64,000 nucleotides of DNA from Spirochaetota bacterium (GCA_963663865.1 OY760686.1:3072001-3136000); one strand, 5' to 3'; numbered from the stretch's first letter, positions 20,633 to 31,415 are shown. The notes: generated from the letters alone by a model not told the origin. A program made the numbers and translations.

Positions 20633-21625
20633 CTATTTAAGCCTCGTGAAAATCATCCTGCCTGCTGTGGTCTGCAGCACTGATGTCACGACAACATCGA
20701 CATCTTCATTAAGACGCCTTCTACCGTTTTCTACTACGACCATTGTCCCGTCATCAAGATAGCCGATAGCCTGATTCTGGTCCTTGCCCTCTTTTATCAG
20801 AGACACCTTCATATCTTCGCCCGGCAGTACTACCGGCTTGAGGGAGTTGGAAAGCTGATTGATATTGAGCACTTCGACTCCATGAAATTCGGCGACCTTG
20901 TTCAGGTTGAAATCGTTTGTGATAACTTTTGCGTTCATCATCTTTCCGAGGCGTACCAGCTTTGCGTCAACCTCCTGGACCTCCGGAAAATCAATGTCGG
21001 AAATTTTCACCATTATAGATTGGTCTTTCTGCATTTTATTAAGTATGTCCAAACCCCGCCTGCCCCTGTTGCGGCGTATTGAATCGGCTGAATCGGCTAT
21101 CATCTGGAGTTCATGAAGCACAAAGTTAGGTATCACAAGTATCCCTTCCAGAAATCCCGTGTCGCAGATGTCGGCAATCCTTCCATCAATGATTACACTC
21201 GTATCAAGTATCTTATAGGAAAGCTGCCCGCTCTTTTCATCCACACGAACACCCGCGATACGGTCAAGGAAAACCAGCTCTTCTGAATTTATGAGAAAAA
21301 ATAGCAGAAAAAAAGTAACGGCTGTCACGTATATTGAAAACACTGCAAGAGAAGAATACTCCGAGGCAAGCTGAGTAAATAAAGGAACAACTGCGAGATT
21401 TGAAAGATATCCGGCTGCCAGTCCGGCTACAAGGCCGATAACGCCGGCGAGGGTTTTTCGCGCGGGGAAAGCGTGAGATATGTACTCAAAAAGTACAAGC
21501 AGCGAAAGCGATATAACCGACGCAGCCGCCGCTGCGACCACAGCTTTAATGGAACTATCTGAAAAGAACAGAGCGAATGCCGCCCCCATGCTCAGAATAA
21601 ACAGAATCCTCAGAATAATAATCAT
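20633..21625 (-). CDS. PIN/TRAM domain membrane protein (YacL family)
   Basis: N-terminal TM helices, [42 protein letters not shown]; follows carD. Confidence 0.95.
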   Translation of the reverse strand: MIIILRILFILSMGAAFALFFSDSSIKAVVAAAAASVISLSLLVLFEYISHAFPARKTLAGVIGLVAGLAAGYLSNLAVVPLFTQLASEYSSLAVFSIYVTAVTFFLLFFLINSEELVFLDRIAGVRVDEKSGQLSYKILDTSVIIDGRIADICDTGFLEGILVIPNFVLHELQMIADSADSIRRNRGRRGLDILNKMQKDQSIMVKISDIDFPEVQEVDAKLVRLGKMMNAKVITNDFNLNKVAEFHGVEVLNINQLSNSLKPVVLPGEDMKVSLIKEGKDQNQAIGYLDDGTMVVVENGRRRLNEDVDVVVTSVLQTTAGRMIFTRLK

Positions 21626-21731
21626 AAGTTGAATCTCCAGGATTATTTTTGAGCTCACATAATTCCAGACAAGGCCGCTCGCTTCTGCCTGGGAACAGAC
21701 GATGCCCCGTCCTTCGTTCAGTACGCGGGTC

Positions 21732-22259
21732 TTATTCTGCTGTCTCTAATGTTGCGGAAAGGATTTCTGAAACGTAATTGCCGGCTTCTTCTATGTCAAT
21801 GTCTTTTACAAGCGCCACCTCATGTACAATAAGCTGGTAGGCATTTTCGTAAAGCTTCCTCTCCATTATCGAGAGCTCCTTTACACAACCTCTTCTAAAG
21901 AGATCCCTTGCAACCTCAGCCACGACAAATATCGATCCGCTTTTTACTTTATCTATGTTATTCTGATAACGAAGCTTCCAGTCATCTTCCTGAACAACGT
22001 TCTCCAGCTGCAGAATCTCGGTCACTTTCTTGAGATCACGTTTTGAGATGATGCCCCTTACTCCAATTTCATCAGCCTTTGTTACCGGGATCATGACCTT
22101 CATTCCGCTGTTGTTTATGGTAACTACGTAATATTCAGTTCTTTTACCAAGAATAACTTTTTTCTCTATAGCTGATATTAATCCAACTCCATGCATTGGA
22201 TAGACGATCTTGTCGCCAACATTGTACATTTTTTTCTCCGTTTTCTTTGTTGTTGCCAT
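21732..22259 (-). CDS. carD: CarD family transcriptional regulator
   Basis: [24 protein letters not shown]. Confidence 0.93.
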   Translation of the reverse strand: MATTKKTEKKMYNVGDKIVYPMHGVGLISAIEKKVILGKRTEYYVVTINNSGMKVMIPVTKADEIGVRGIISKRDLKKVTEILQLENVVQEDDWKLRYQNNIDKVKSGSIFVVAEVARDLFRRGCVKELSIMERKLYENAYQLIVHEVALVKDIDIEEAGNYVSEILSATLETAE

Positions 22260-22396
22260 GCAAATCACCGCTATTATGTAATATTATCCGTACAGGCACA
22301 TGAACACAAAATTACTAATGCTTTAGTGCATCACAGTTTTTTCAATTTTTCAAGAATAATATAAGACGTATTTAAAAACCTTGTATATAAAAGATA

Positions 22397-24778
22397 TTAG
22401 TCTGATTTAAGCCCCTCTTTTTCCAGATACCTATCCAGAACAGATTTCATTTTGAAGTGCTTGCCGTCACAGACTCCCCGGAAATATCCGCTGCTCGGCA
22501 GTGCGAGGTCGCAGTTCAGCTCCTTGCAGTCAGGTCCCGGGATTTTGCCAGTGTATTTACAGACACAGCTTGATGAAACACCTGAAGGCTTCGGGGAAAA
22601 AACAGGGTCTTTCATTGAGTTGTACACTTCTTTCATATAATCGGCCCATATCGGCGCCGCAACTCCTGCACCGGCCTGATGTCTGCCCAGCGACATAAAC
22701 TGACGGTCATATCCAACCCAGACAACAGCTGCGACATCCGGGGTGAATCCGCAAAACCAGGCGTCTGTCCAGTTAGAAGTGGTCCCAGTCTTTCCAGCGG
22801 CGGGTTTAGTGAATCCGGACTTAATCCTGATCGACTCGGCAGCGGTGCCCCTGTCAACGACATCGCGCATCATCGACGTCATAATGAAGGCTACCTCCGG
22901 GGAAATAACCTGAATTGTGCCTTCGGCTTCCTTAACGGCTATGATACGCCCGACTTCTTCTTCGATGTTGGCAAGCTCATTTCCGTCCCGGTCAGTAACA
23001 TACCTGACCGCGAAAGGAATAACATCACGCCCCCTGTTGGCATATACTGCGTAACCACCGGCCATCTCAAGGGGTGTAACCTCAGTGGTTCCGAGGGCAA
23101 GAGCAGGCCCCGGGCTGAAGCGCTCCGGTGGAACCTTGAGCATTTTTGCGGCAAAGTCAATTATTATGTCCGCTCCAATTATGTCGAATATTCGGACGGA
23201 TATTATATTGATTGAAGACGCGAGGGCTCTTCTGAGAGACACCATGCCGGAGAACTCGCCTTCATAGTTTCCGGGAGCCCATGTGTCGCCCTGTGAATCA
23301 ATATCGACTATCGGAGCATCCGGCAAAGTAGTAGCAACGTTTATTCTCTTTGATTCTATTCCCGCCCCGTAGACAAAGGGCTTAAATGATGAGCCGGGCT
23401 GACGTCTCGCCTGGACTGCCCGGTTAAACTGATTTGAAACGCTGTATTCTGAACCGCCAATCATGGTGGTAATATATCCTGTGGAAGGTTCAACGGCAAC
23501 CATGGCTCCCTCAACGTTCAGAGAAGTCGATATTCCCGAAACAGCAGACCTGAAGCTCTCAATTGATTCGGATGCGCCTGAATTATCCGTCAGCAGGGCC
23601 AATATATCTATGGAATCAAGGTAGCTGTCCACCATCTGCTTTTTGAAAACTGTTTCAATGTCGTTTCTGACGATGATGCCGGGCAGACTGAAAATCATTC
23701 TGAGATAGCTGTATGCAGAGAAGAGTCCCCGATTCAGCCCGCTATTATACATAGCATTCGCCTTTGAAGAAACCTCATTTTGCTTTTTTACACCCTCGGT
23801 GAAAACCTTTTCGGCTATCTGCTGCCGTTTCAGATCAAGCGTTGTGTATACACTCAGTCCTTCATTATAGACGGTGTCATGACCAAACTGTGATATCAGT
23901 ATCTGACGGACATAGTCAGTAAAGAATGGAGCCTTATCAGTTACCTGTGAGGCTGCTGTTCTGGTCGGATACTGGGTTTTCAGCGAATCAAGAAACGCGG
24001 GCCAGAACTCCTCGAAGACCTTTTCCCTCTGTTTTTCGGTGATAAATCCTGCATCAACCATTCTCGCCAGGGTGTCCTGGTTCTTATAAAATGCTTCGCG
24101 TGGATATCTGAGAGGAGAATAGCCATTGGGCTTAGAGGGCAAAGACGCCAGTATGGAACTTTCAGCAACGGTAAGATGCCTTACGTCCTTTTCGAAGAAG
24201 AACTCCGCGGCCGACGCGATACCGTGACATCCATGTCCGAGATATATCTGGTTGAAGTACATCTCAAGGATTTGTTCCTTGGAGAACCTCTTTTCTATCT
24301 GCAAAGCGAGAACAAATTCAAGTATCTTGCGGCCGATTGTCCTTTCACCGGTAGTGAAAAGCCGCTTCGCGAGCTGCTGCGTAATAGTTGATCCGCCCTG
24401 AACTACCGTTATTCTTCCAGACTTGACGCTTGCGACAAGGTTCTTCCCCATCGCTCGGATTATTGAGAGCGGCGATATACCGAAATGATTGAAGAAATCC
24501 CTGTCTTCTGCCGCGAGAAAAGCATTTATAAGGCATTGAGGCAGGGCATCATAGGGAACAAGGTCGCGTTTTTCCTGAAAGAGTTCAGCTATTAACTCTC
24601 CGTGAACATCGTAAATTCGGGTGGGAACACTCGGCTGAAATTGTTTTAGATTGTCAATGCCGGCAAAGTTTTTTACCTGTGCGTTAATATAGCCGGAGAC
24701 AACACCGCCGGCTATTGACAGAATGATAATGGCTGCGATCATTCCTTTTTCAAGGGTGAAGTTCTTAAGTTTATTCAT
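22397..24778 (-). CDS. Class A penicillin-binding protein (PBP1A family)
   Basis: EDRDFF, GGSTITQQL, RKILE transglycosylase motifs; SSFK, SIN, KTGT transpeptidase motifs. Confidence 0.96.
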   Translation of the reverse strand: MNKLKNFTLEKGMIAAIIILSIAGGVVSGYINAQVKNFAGIDNLKQFQPSVPTRIYDVHGELIAELFQEKRDLVPYDALPQCLINAFLAAEDRDFFNHFGISPLSIIRAMGKNLVASVKSGRITVVQGGSTITQQLAKRLFTTGERTIGRKILEFVLALQIEKRFSKEQILEMYFNQIYLGHGCHGIASAAEFFFEKDVRHLTVAESSILASLPSKPNGYSPLRYPREAFYKNQDTLARMVDAGFITEKQREKVFEEFWPAFLDSLKTQYPTRTAASQVTDKAPFFTDYVRQILISQFGHDTVYNEGLSVYTTLDLKRQQIAEKVFTEGVKKQNEVSSKANAMYNSGLNRGLFSAYSYLRMIFSLPGIIVRNDIETVFKKQMVDSYLDSIDILALLTDNSGASESIESFRSAVSGISTSLNVEGAMVAVEPSTGYITTMIGGSEYSVSNQFNRAVQARRQPGSSFKPFVYGAGIESKRINVATTLPDAPIVDIDSQGDTWAPGNYEGEFSGMVSLRRALASSINIISVRIFDIIGADIIIDFAAKMLKVPPERFSPGPALALGTTEVTPLEMAGGYAVYANRGRDVIPFAVRYVTDRDGNELANIEEEVGRIIAVKEAEGTIQVISPEVAFIMTSMMRDVVDRGTAAESIRIKSGFTKPAAGKTGTTSNWTDAWFCGFTPDVAAVVWVGYDRQFMSLGRHQAGAGVAAPIWADYMKEVYNSMKDPVFSPKPSGVSSSCVCKYTGKIPGPDCKELNCDLALPSSGYFRGVCDGKHFKMKSVLDRYLEKEGLKSD

Positions 24779-24903
24779 GCAGGCTTCTCTTACGCAGGGA
24801 AATATTCATGTTCAATGATGACAGAATAAAAAATGCCGTTATTAATCAACTATATTTTTCCGTTATTTCCCTCCCAGCAGCAGAGAATGGCGCTACCCTG
24901 GAA

Positions 24904-26061
24904 TTATTCTGACGGCCGGCCGGTTATTTCAACCGCAACTGTCTTTTCCGAGCCGTTTCTCCACAGAACAAGCCTGATCATGCTGCCTATTTTCGTCTCG
25001 CCGATAACGCGTAGAAGATCCTTGTAGTTCTCAATCCTTTCGCCGCTTACTTCAAGTATCACATCGCCAACACGTATGCCGGCCTTATCCGCGGGACTCC
25101 CGGAAATCACCTCGCTAATAAAAGTACCCCTGACACTCTTCAGTCCAAGCTCTGCGGCTGTGCGCTCATTCAGCTCCATAATCCCCACTCCGAGGTATCC
25201 TCTCTTTACTTCCCTGTGGGTCTTAAGCTGGGCAAGAATTGAGCGGGCCGTGTTTACGGGAATGGCGAACCCTATCCCCATGTAACCTCCACTCTTTGAG
25301 TAAATCATCCTGTTAATACCGATCACTTCGCCATAGATGTTAATCAAGGGACCGCCTGAATTACCGGGATTTATGGACGCGTCTGTCTGGAGATGTGATG
25401 TCCCAAGCAGATCAACATCGCTGCGGCCCACCGCGCTTATAACGCCAACGGTGAAAGTCCGGTCCAGTCCGAAGGGATTTCCTATTGCTATAGCCCAATC
25501 CCCCACATTAACCGTATCTGAGTCGCCAAAATAGACCGGTTTAAAGCTTTCATTCGAGGTAATCTTCAGCAAAGCAAGATCTGTACGCTTGTCGCCGCCT
25601 ATGATTTTCGCCTCGTGATTTTTCTCATTGACCTTAACGAAAACCCTGTCAACTCCGTCTATAACGTGGTAGTTGGTACAGATATATCCATCCCTGGATA
25701 TGACAAAGCCGGTGCCAAGACCGGTTTTTTTCTGAACGCGGGATGGAGCGGAAAAATTCCCGAACCATGGATCGTTAAAAAACGGATGAGGCCTCACCCT
25801 TACAGTCTGCTCAGTCGTAATAAAGACAACACTTTCCCGGTACATCTCGAAAATCTGCCTGAATGCTGTCTGAAGTTCCACCGCCTGAGATGTCTTCAGC
25901 TGTGACTTCATCGGAGATTCATCGGAGTTACCAAAGACACTCACTCCTCCGGAATCGTTTTTCTGGCAGGAGAACTGATTGAAAAACAGAAATCCAATAA
26001 CAACTCCGGTAATCACTGGAAATATAAACCTGTATCTGTACCTGGAAAATGACATTATCAA
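24904..26061 (-). CDS. HtrA/DegP-family serine protease with PDZ domain
   Basis: TNYHV, DLALLK, INPGNSGGPL catalytic triad; single C-terminal PDZ. Confidence 0.96.
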   Translation of the reverse strand: MIMSFSRYRYRFIFPVITGVVIGFLFFNQFSCQKNDSGGVSVFGNSDESPMKSQLKTSQAVELQTAFRQIFEMYRESVVFITTEQTVRVRPHPFFNDPWFGNFSAPSRVQKKTGLGTGFVISRDGYICTNYHVIDGVDRVFVKVNEKNHEAKIIGGDKRTDLALLKITSNESFKPVYFGDSDTVNVGDWAIAIGNPFGLDRTFTVGVISAVGRSDVDLLGTSHLQTDASINPGNSGGPLINIYGEVIGINRMIYSKSGGYMGIGFAIPVNTARSILAQLKTHREVKRGYLGVGIMELNERTAAELGLKSVRGTFISEVISGSPADKAGIRVGDVILEVSGERIENYKDLLRVIGETKIGSMIRLVLWRNGSEKTVAVEITGRPSE

Positions 26062-26082
26062 CTCCGAAAAATAAGTTAAAAA

Positions 26083-26298
26083 TTATTCCTGAAAAACACT
26101 CTTCCTGTAACGCTTCTTTTCTCTGTCTTCTCCGCCGATTTTGTCCCTGAACTGCCTTCTGTCGTTGATAGAACCGTCTATCTCCACAAGGTCAATGTCA
26201 ATTGACGCCGGCTCCCTCTTTTCTCCACAGGACGCTACAGGCAGAATCGCAAGAGCAATCATTATTGAGACCATTGATTGAAGATGTTGCCTCTTCAT
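26083..26298 (-). CDS. Small putative lipoprotein
   Basis: Signal peptide with lipobox VASC; sits in operon spacing between trxA and htrA. Confidence 0.6.
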   Translation of the reverse strand: MKRQHLQSMVSIMIALAILPVASCGEKREPASIDIDLVEIDGSINDRRQFRDKIGGEDREKKRYRKSVFQE

Positions 26299-26300
26299 GA

Positions 26301-26612
26301 TTACTGAAGCTTCTTTTTAAGAACTTCCTCAGGCTGAACACCAACCATTCGCTCAATCTCCTTTCCGTCTTTAAAAATAATCAATGTCGGAATGGAAGAT
26401 ATTCCCAGTTTCTGGGCGAGAGATGGAGATTCATCTGTATTGAGCTTGGCAATCTTTGCTGAAACAGCGCCGTCAGAAGCGAGTTTTTCAAGGATTGGAG
26501 TCTGCATTCGGCACGGGCCGCACCAGGGAGCCCAGAAATCGACCAATACAGTCCCGGAGTGCTTAAGCACCTCAGCTTCGTAGTTATTTTCGTTTATCTC
26601 TAGTAAAGCCAT
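26301..26612 (-). CDS. trxA: Thioredoxin
   Basis: DFWAPWCGPCR, SIPTL. Confidence 0.96.
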   Translation of the reverse strand: MALLEINENNYEAEVLKHSGTVLVDFWAPWCGPCRMQTPILEKLASDGAVSAKIAKLNTDESPSLAQKLGISSIPTLIIFKDGKEIERMVGVQPEEVLKKKLQ

Positions 26613-26823
26613 CACATCACCTCAGAATAATATTCCTGCCGGAAACAGTTCCCACAGTTTGCCAATCTTCACTCCTTCCGCCGGTATATTTCAACAATTT
26701 TTTCCTATAAATGTTCTTAAAAAGCTGCATCTATCCTGCGATATCATATATAACACCCGGGTAAAAACAGCAACCCGGCAAAACGAAACGTCATTTTATC
26801 GCTTCTTTACTCCTTTATGAATT

Positions 26824-26850
26824 TTAAGAATATGGACTTAATGCCGATAA
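26824..26850 (+). promoter_or_regulatory. Putative sigma28 (FliA) promoter
   Basis: TTAAG-N14-GCCGATAA with a perfect -10 element, 28 nt upstream of ATG 26879. Confidence 0.6.
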
Positions 26851-26878
26851 TAGTAACAGTTTAATCCGAGGTAACTAA

Positions 26879-27475
26879 ATGAAACTGGTCAACTCAGTAT
26901 TTTTAATCTGCATAATATCAGCCGCAGCGTACGGACAGGCAACCGGCCCCCGCACACCTGCTGCTATCCCCGATGGTTACGGGAGCATAAAATGGGGCAC
27001 CCCGCTCAGCAAGGCAAGGGAGGCTATTTCCGGGAAGCTGTACTACACGGACGACAAAACAGTAATCGTTTCAAAGGACGACGCGCTTGAGTACTATTAC
27101 GGCTTTTTCTATACCGACCCGGCAAATACAGAAAAAGCTGTAGAAACAGCTGATGCCGGACAGGAGGCTGTCGATGAAGGCACGCTATACTACGTTGCCC
27201 TCAAGTTCCCGTATCTTCGCCTTAATCAGGTCAGAGAAAAAATTGAGTCCAAATACGGCAAATCATCGCTCGAAAACATCAAAAAAAACCGGGGTGCTGC
27301 AGCCTGGATGTCAGACAGTACTATTATTATCATGTGGGCAGATGAATACGAGGGAGAGCCTTTCTGCAGGCGGATCACCTATCTCTCGAGAGAAACAGCT
27401 AAAAAAGTCAACACCAACCAGGAGCGGGTATTCAACAAAACAGAAATAGATATTCTGAAAAAGCTGAATCCCTGA
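26879..27475 (+). CDS. Exported hypothetical protein
   Basis: Signal peptide (AAAYG), GAGG RBS, 198-aa ORF. Confidence 0.75.
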   Translation: MKLVNSVFLICIISAAAYGQATGPRTPAAIPDGYGSIKWGTPLSKAREAISGKLYYTDDKTVIVSKDDALEYYYGFFYTDPANTEKAVETADAGQEAVDEGTLYYVALKFPYLRLNQVREKIESKYGKSSLENIKKNRGAAAWMSDSTIIIMWADEYEGEPFCRRITYLSRETAKKVNTNQERVFNKTEIDILKKLNP

Positions 27476-27491
27476 CCCCCCCTTCACTTTT

Positions 27492-30400
27492 TTATAGATG
27501 TGTGATAAAAACCGGAATTAGTCCAATGCCCTCATCAATCCTGTCGAGGGCTTTTCCAATCACAGTGCCTATTTTATCAAACGAGTCAATCTTTCCCCTG
27601 ATGCCGCAGCCGGGAGTATCAGACGTCACAATGAGATCTCCTGGATTTACTGGTCCCTTCCTCGCGTCCACCTTGCACATGACCCTCCCCGCAAGAGCCA
27701 CAGGATATGCCTTCTGCTCATCACCGGAGTTGTTGATTACAAGCATGGGATTTCCGGCTACAATACCGACAACAGACTGTGAGTAGGGCGCCGAAGAGCG
27801 CTTTAACGCCGATTTCCCTGAATCCGAAACGACAAGCAGGTCGCCCGGTGATATATACTCAGTTTCTTCAACAACGAACATCTCTACTATGCTTGCCGGA
27901 TATTGCCCCTTTCCGTCTCCTGTTATTTTTACCTGCCCATCGAAGACAGATCTTCCATTAACAAGAAGGGCATCGCCGTTACCCGCAAGATTAACGCTTT
28001 TATCGTAGTCGGAAAGCCTTCCGAAGCCGTCGGCAACCAGGGAAAAACCGTGCTCACTGGAAAAAACTCCGCCCGCACCGAACCTTGACAGACCGAGAAC
28101 GCCGCAGCCGGAAACACCGTTTTCTCCACCAGCAGACTGCCCCCTTACACCAACAAAACCTCCGTGCCCCACTACACCGTAGCTCTGAACAGTTTTCGTG
28201 CTGAGAATGCCTGCCACACCGGCTACCCCGATAGAACCTGCTTCTTTAGAGGCATTTTGCCCATATATTACGGCTGAGCCGTCAGACGGCGGCGTAATAT
28301 CCGGAAATGCTTCATTCCTTTCCTGCTTGATGCTGATTGTTCCCGAATGGCTTTTAAACTCATGAAGCAGGGGAGCATAGTCATGGGTATGTTCGAGTGG
28401 TTCCCTCCGGTCATAAAGCCTGGGGTCATTCCCCTGGACGGCGGTTCCCTCCTTGTTTTCACCCTGCTGTGCAAGCCTTACAATTCCGGGCGTTTTTTCC
28501 GTCGCGGGTTTCAGTCTTCTGTCGCTACCCTGAACAGCAACTCCTTTCTTCTCCTCGCCATCCTCGCCGAGTTCAACTATCCCCCTTGAAATAGTAGTAG
28601 CCTCTTTCAGACGGCGGTCATTTCCCTGTACGACAACACCGGCCGCGTCCTCTCCGTCCTCTGCAAGCTCAACTATTCCCGGCGACAGAGTTGAGGCTTT
28701 ACGAAGCCTTTTGTCGCTTCCCTGAACAGCTGCAAATGGTGAAGAATCCCCATCAGAAGCGAATCTCATTATACCGGCAGAATCTTCTGTTGCGTCCTTA
28801 AGTCTTTTATCATTGCCCTGGACAACCACTCCCGGTCTGTCCTCTCCATCCTCTGCCAGTTCCACAATCCCTCTGGAACCAGTCGTAGCATCCCTCAATC
28901 GGCGGTCATTGCCCTGTACAACAACACCGGCCGCGTCCTCTCCGTCCTCGGCAAGCTCGACTATTCCGGGAGATAATGTGGTTGAGGGCCTGAGTCTTTT
29001 GTCGCTTGCCTGAACTGCTGTTAAGGGCTTTTCGGTCCCGTCAGGGGCAAACTGCATAATTCCCTTAAAGGTCTCTGACGCGTCCTTTAATCGACGATCG
29101 TTTCCCTGAACAACAACGCCGGCCGCGTCTTCACCGTCCTCAGCAAGCTCGACTATTCCCCTGGAACCCGTAGTAGCGTCCTTCAATCGGCGGTCATTGC
29201 CCTGTACAACAACGCCGGCCGCGTCCTCTCCGTCCTCAGCAAGCTCGACTATTCCCCTGGAACCCGTCGTGGCGTCTTTCAATCGGCGGTCATTGCCCTG
29301 TACAACAACGCCGGCCGCGTCCTCTCCGTCCTCAGCAAGCTCGACAATTCCCCTGGAACCCGTCGTGGCGTCTTTCAATCGGCGGTCATTGCCCTGTATA
29401 GCTACACCTTCAGAGCTTTCTCCATCTTCAGCGAGCTCAACAATTCCCTTGAAAGCTGTTGACGCATCGCGAAGTCTCCTGTCATCGGCCTGTACAACAC
29501 ATCCTATTGTGTTTTCACCGTTTTTCGCGAGTTTTACAATACCGAAGCTGCTGTCCGTTGCCTTTTGAATCCTGCTGTCATTTCCGGTGATGACAGCGCT
29601 CCCGGTATACAGGCCGTCCGGGCAGAGCTTTACGATTCCAAAAGTCGAATCGGTCGCTTCAGAAAGCCTTGAATCAGAGCCCTGTACAGCGGTTCCGGGC
29701 TGGGTCTCTCTGTCATAGGCAAGCCTTACAATGCCATTCTTTTCCTCAGTTGCGGGCTTGAGCCTTGAATCCGAACCCTGTACGGCTATACCGGCTGAGT
29801 TATCTCCGTCCTCTGCGAGCTGTACTATTCCCTTAAATATCGTTGTAGCATCACAAAGCCTTCTGTCGCTTCCCTGCACTGCCGTTCCCGGCGAATCTCC
29901 CCCATCGGCCGCCAGCTTAACGATGCCGGCCTGAAAGGTTGAAGCATATTGCGGCATTCCTGAAGCGTTGTGAGCGTGCGAATAGTCAAACAAAGCAGCG
30001 AATATTTCTAAGGACGCCAGTTCAATCGAGAAACCACCAGCGGTATCCTTAGCTCCTCTTCCCTCAAACCTTATGTATCGGACAGGGCATATTTCCATAT
30101 TCCAGGAATATCTCTTCATCGGCTCCGCTTTGAATGATTTTTCCTCAAAAAGCGGAAGGAACAATTCCCCGTCTGTGCTGATATCGACGTTGAATTTTTC
30201 TGGGAAAAGCCCCGAAGAAGCCCCAATAATTATTCTGTTAACGTGATACACCGCGCCAAGATCAATGAGCAGTGTTTCCAGGCCGCTTTTACCTCTTGAG
30301 GGCGACCGCCAGACAAGGTCATGCGCTCCCCTGAACAGATTTTCAGCAGAAGTTTCGGCCGAGGCCGAATCAGCGGTCACTGCCGCAACCCCCGATATCC

Positions 30401-30833
30401 CCCCCGAAAAAGATGCAATTTTACAAACAGCCTTTCCGTCTTCACGGGCATTGAGCCCCGTCACGTATAGCTTATAAAACCTGTACTGCACCGGCGGAAG
30501 CGGAAGAATATAGGGACTTCCGCTGCATCTGTATGCAGACTCTGATTTAAGAACATGCCACAGACTGCCATCGGTACTCGCTTCTATTCTGAAGTCGCGC
30601 GGAAAAGACTTCTCTTCGGATGGGACCGGAGCGATCTCTATGCTGTCTATTACAGGCGAATCCTTAAGATCAATAACCACGTATTCAGGCCTGCCGTCAA
30701 AGCCCTCTGAAGTCTGCCAGAATCCGCCCTCTTTCAACAGATTGCCCGCGGAATGAGCCGCATCCGACTCGGACGAGAAGGAGTGTATTGATGACTGATA
30801 CTTCTGAGCTCTGCTTATGTTTATAAATTTCAT
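27492..30833 (-). CDS. Discoidin (F5/8 type C) domain protein with tail-fibre-like repeats and C-terminal tail-fibre/chaperone-like domain
   Basis: Two N-terminal F5/8C-like domains (YVVIDL..FPRDFRIEASTDG..W; LLIDLG..FPEKF.VDISTDG), 16 x 32-aa A(T/S)xxxxGIVxLA repeats, HTH motif, C-terminal VALAGRVMCKVDA..GPV.PGDLIVTS. Confidence 0.8.
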   Translation of the reverse strand: MKFINISRAQKYQSSIHSFSSESDAAHSAGNLLKEGGFWQTSEGFDGRPEYVVIDLKDSPVIDSIEIAPVPSEEKSFPRDFRIEASTDGSLWHVLKSESAYRCSGSPYILPLPPVQYRFYKLYVTGLNAREDGKAVCKIASFSGGISGVAAVTADSASAETSAENLFRGAHDLVWRSPSRGKSGLETLLIDLGAVYHVNRIIIGASSGLFPEKFNVDISTDGELFLPLFEEKSFKAEPMKRYSWNMEICPVRYIRFEGRGAKDTAGGFSIELASLEIFAALFDYSHAHNASGMPQYASTFQAGIVKLAADGGDSPGTAVQGSDRRLCDATTIFKGIVQLAEDGDNSAGIAVQGSDSRLKPATEEKNGIVRLAYDRETQPGTAVQGSDSRLSEATDSTFGIVKLCPDGLYTGSAVITGNDSRIQKATDSSFGIVKLAKNGENTIGCVVQADDRRLRDASTAFKGIVELAEDGESSEGVAIQGNDRRLKDATTGSRGIVELAEDGEDAAGVVVQGNDRRLKDATTGSRGIVELAEDGEDAAGVVVQGNDRRLKDATTGSRGIVELAEDGEDAAGVVVQGNDRRLKDASETFKGIMQFAPDGTEKPLTAVQASDKRLRPSTTLSPGIVELAEDGEDAAGVVVQGNDRRLRDATTGSRGIVELAEDGEDRPGVVVQGNDKRLKDATEDSAGIMRFASDGDSSPFAAVQGSDKRLRKASTLSPGIVELAEDGEDAAGVVVQGNDRRLKEATTISRGIVELGEDGEEKKGVAVQGSDRRLKPATEKTPGIVRLAQQGENKEGTAVQGNDPRLYDRREPLEHTHDYAPLLHEFKSHSGTISIKQERNEAFPDITPPSDGSAVIYGQNASKEAGSIGVAGVAGILSTKTVQSYGVVGHGGFVGVRGQSAGGENGVSGCGVLGLSRFGAGGVFSSEHGFSLVADGFGRLSDYDKSVNLAGNGDALLVNGRSVFDGQVKITGDGKGQYPASIVEMFVVEETEYISPGDLLVVSDSGKSALKRSSAPYSQSVVGIVAGNPMLVINNSGDEQKAYPVALAGRVMCKVDARKGPVNPGDLIVTSDTPGCGIRGKIDSFDKIGTVIGKALDRIDEGIGLIPVFITHL
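28410..29945 (-). repeat. 16 tandem 96-bp (32-aa) coding repeats
   Basis: Consensus ATTGSRGIVELAEDGEDAAGVVVQGNDRRLKD; units 7-9 (about 29082-29369) are identical in protein and near-identical in DNA. Confidence 0.95.
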
Positions 30834-30872
30834 TTTTACTCCAGATTCTGAAAATAATTTGCGGCAGCTGTG

Positions 30873-31415
30873 CTATTGCGCCTTTAGCCGTATTCTCGGT
30901 TCAAAATAGCCGTCAGAGTTGTTTCCGTCTATTACAATCCTTGTTGGACTGACAATCAGGGTTCTTTGTCCATTTTTCTGCTTCACCAGCCTTCCCTTGA
31001 ACAGAAAATAGGATGACTTTGTCTTAACGTACCCGGAAGTTATGTTTATGTATCTTGTCTGTGGAACCTTTTTCATCTCTGAAAGATTGACCCTTATCGT
31101 CTGGTCATCTTCAAGCGTATAGATACCTCTAAAAACGAGAGCGTGAGTATTCAGCCTCAGCGTTATAACAGCCCTGTAATTTTTGTAGAACCTGAACTCG
31201 TAGCCGTATCCGTCCGGATAAAAAAGCTGCCACACACCCCTTATTCCCTCAAAATCCAGTGGGATATTGTCTCCCTTATCCTCCGGTGCTTCTTCAACCA
31301 GAGGCTCAGTTTCAACTTCTTCAGCGGGCTTTTCCTTTATGCATGATGAAGCCGCAACAAAAATAAACAGAATTCCTGTTATTACAGCAAAGATATTCAT
31401 TCGTCTTTTTAACAT
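30873..31415 (-). CDS. Hypothetical lipoprotein (lipocalin-like beta fold possible)
   Basis: Signal peptide with lipobox ASSC; GVW motif; 39 nt upstream of the discoidin/fibre gene on the same strand. Confidence 0.75.
   Translation of the reverse strand: MLKRRMNIFAVITGILFIFVAASSCIKEKPAEEVETEPLVEEAPEDKGDNIPLDFEGIRGVWQLFYPDGYGYEFRFYKNYRAVITLRLNTHALVFRGIYTLEDDQTIRVNLSEMKKVPQTRYINITSGYVKTKSSYFLFKGRLVKQKNGQRTLIVSPTRIVIDGNNSDGYFEPRIRLKAQ

Noticed and set aside
28410-29945. Regular repeats considered as a CRISPR array
   Set aside because: Contiguous 96-bp in-frame coding repeats with no unique spacers and no cas genes
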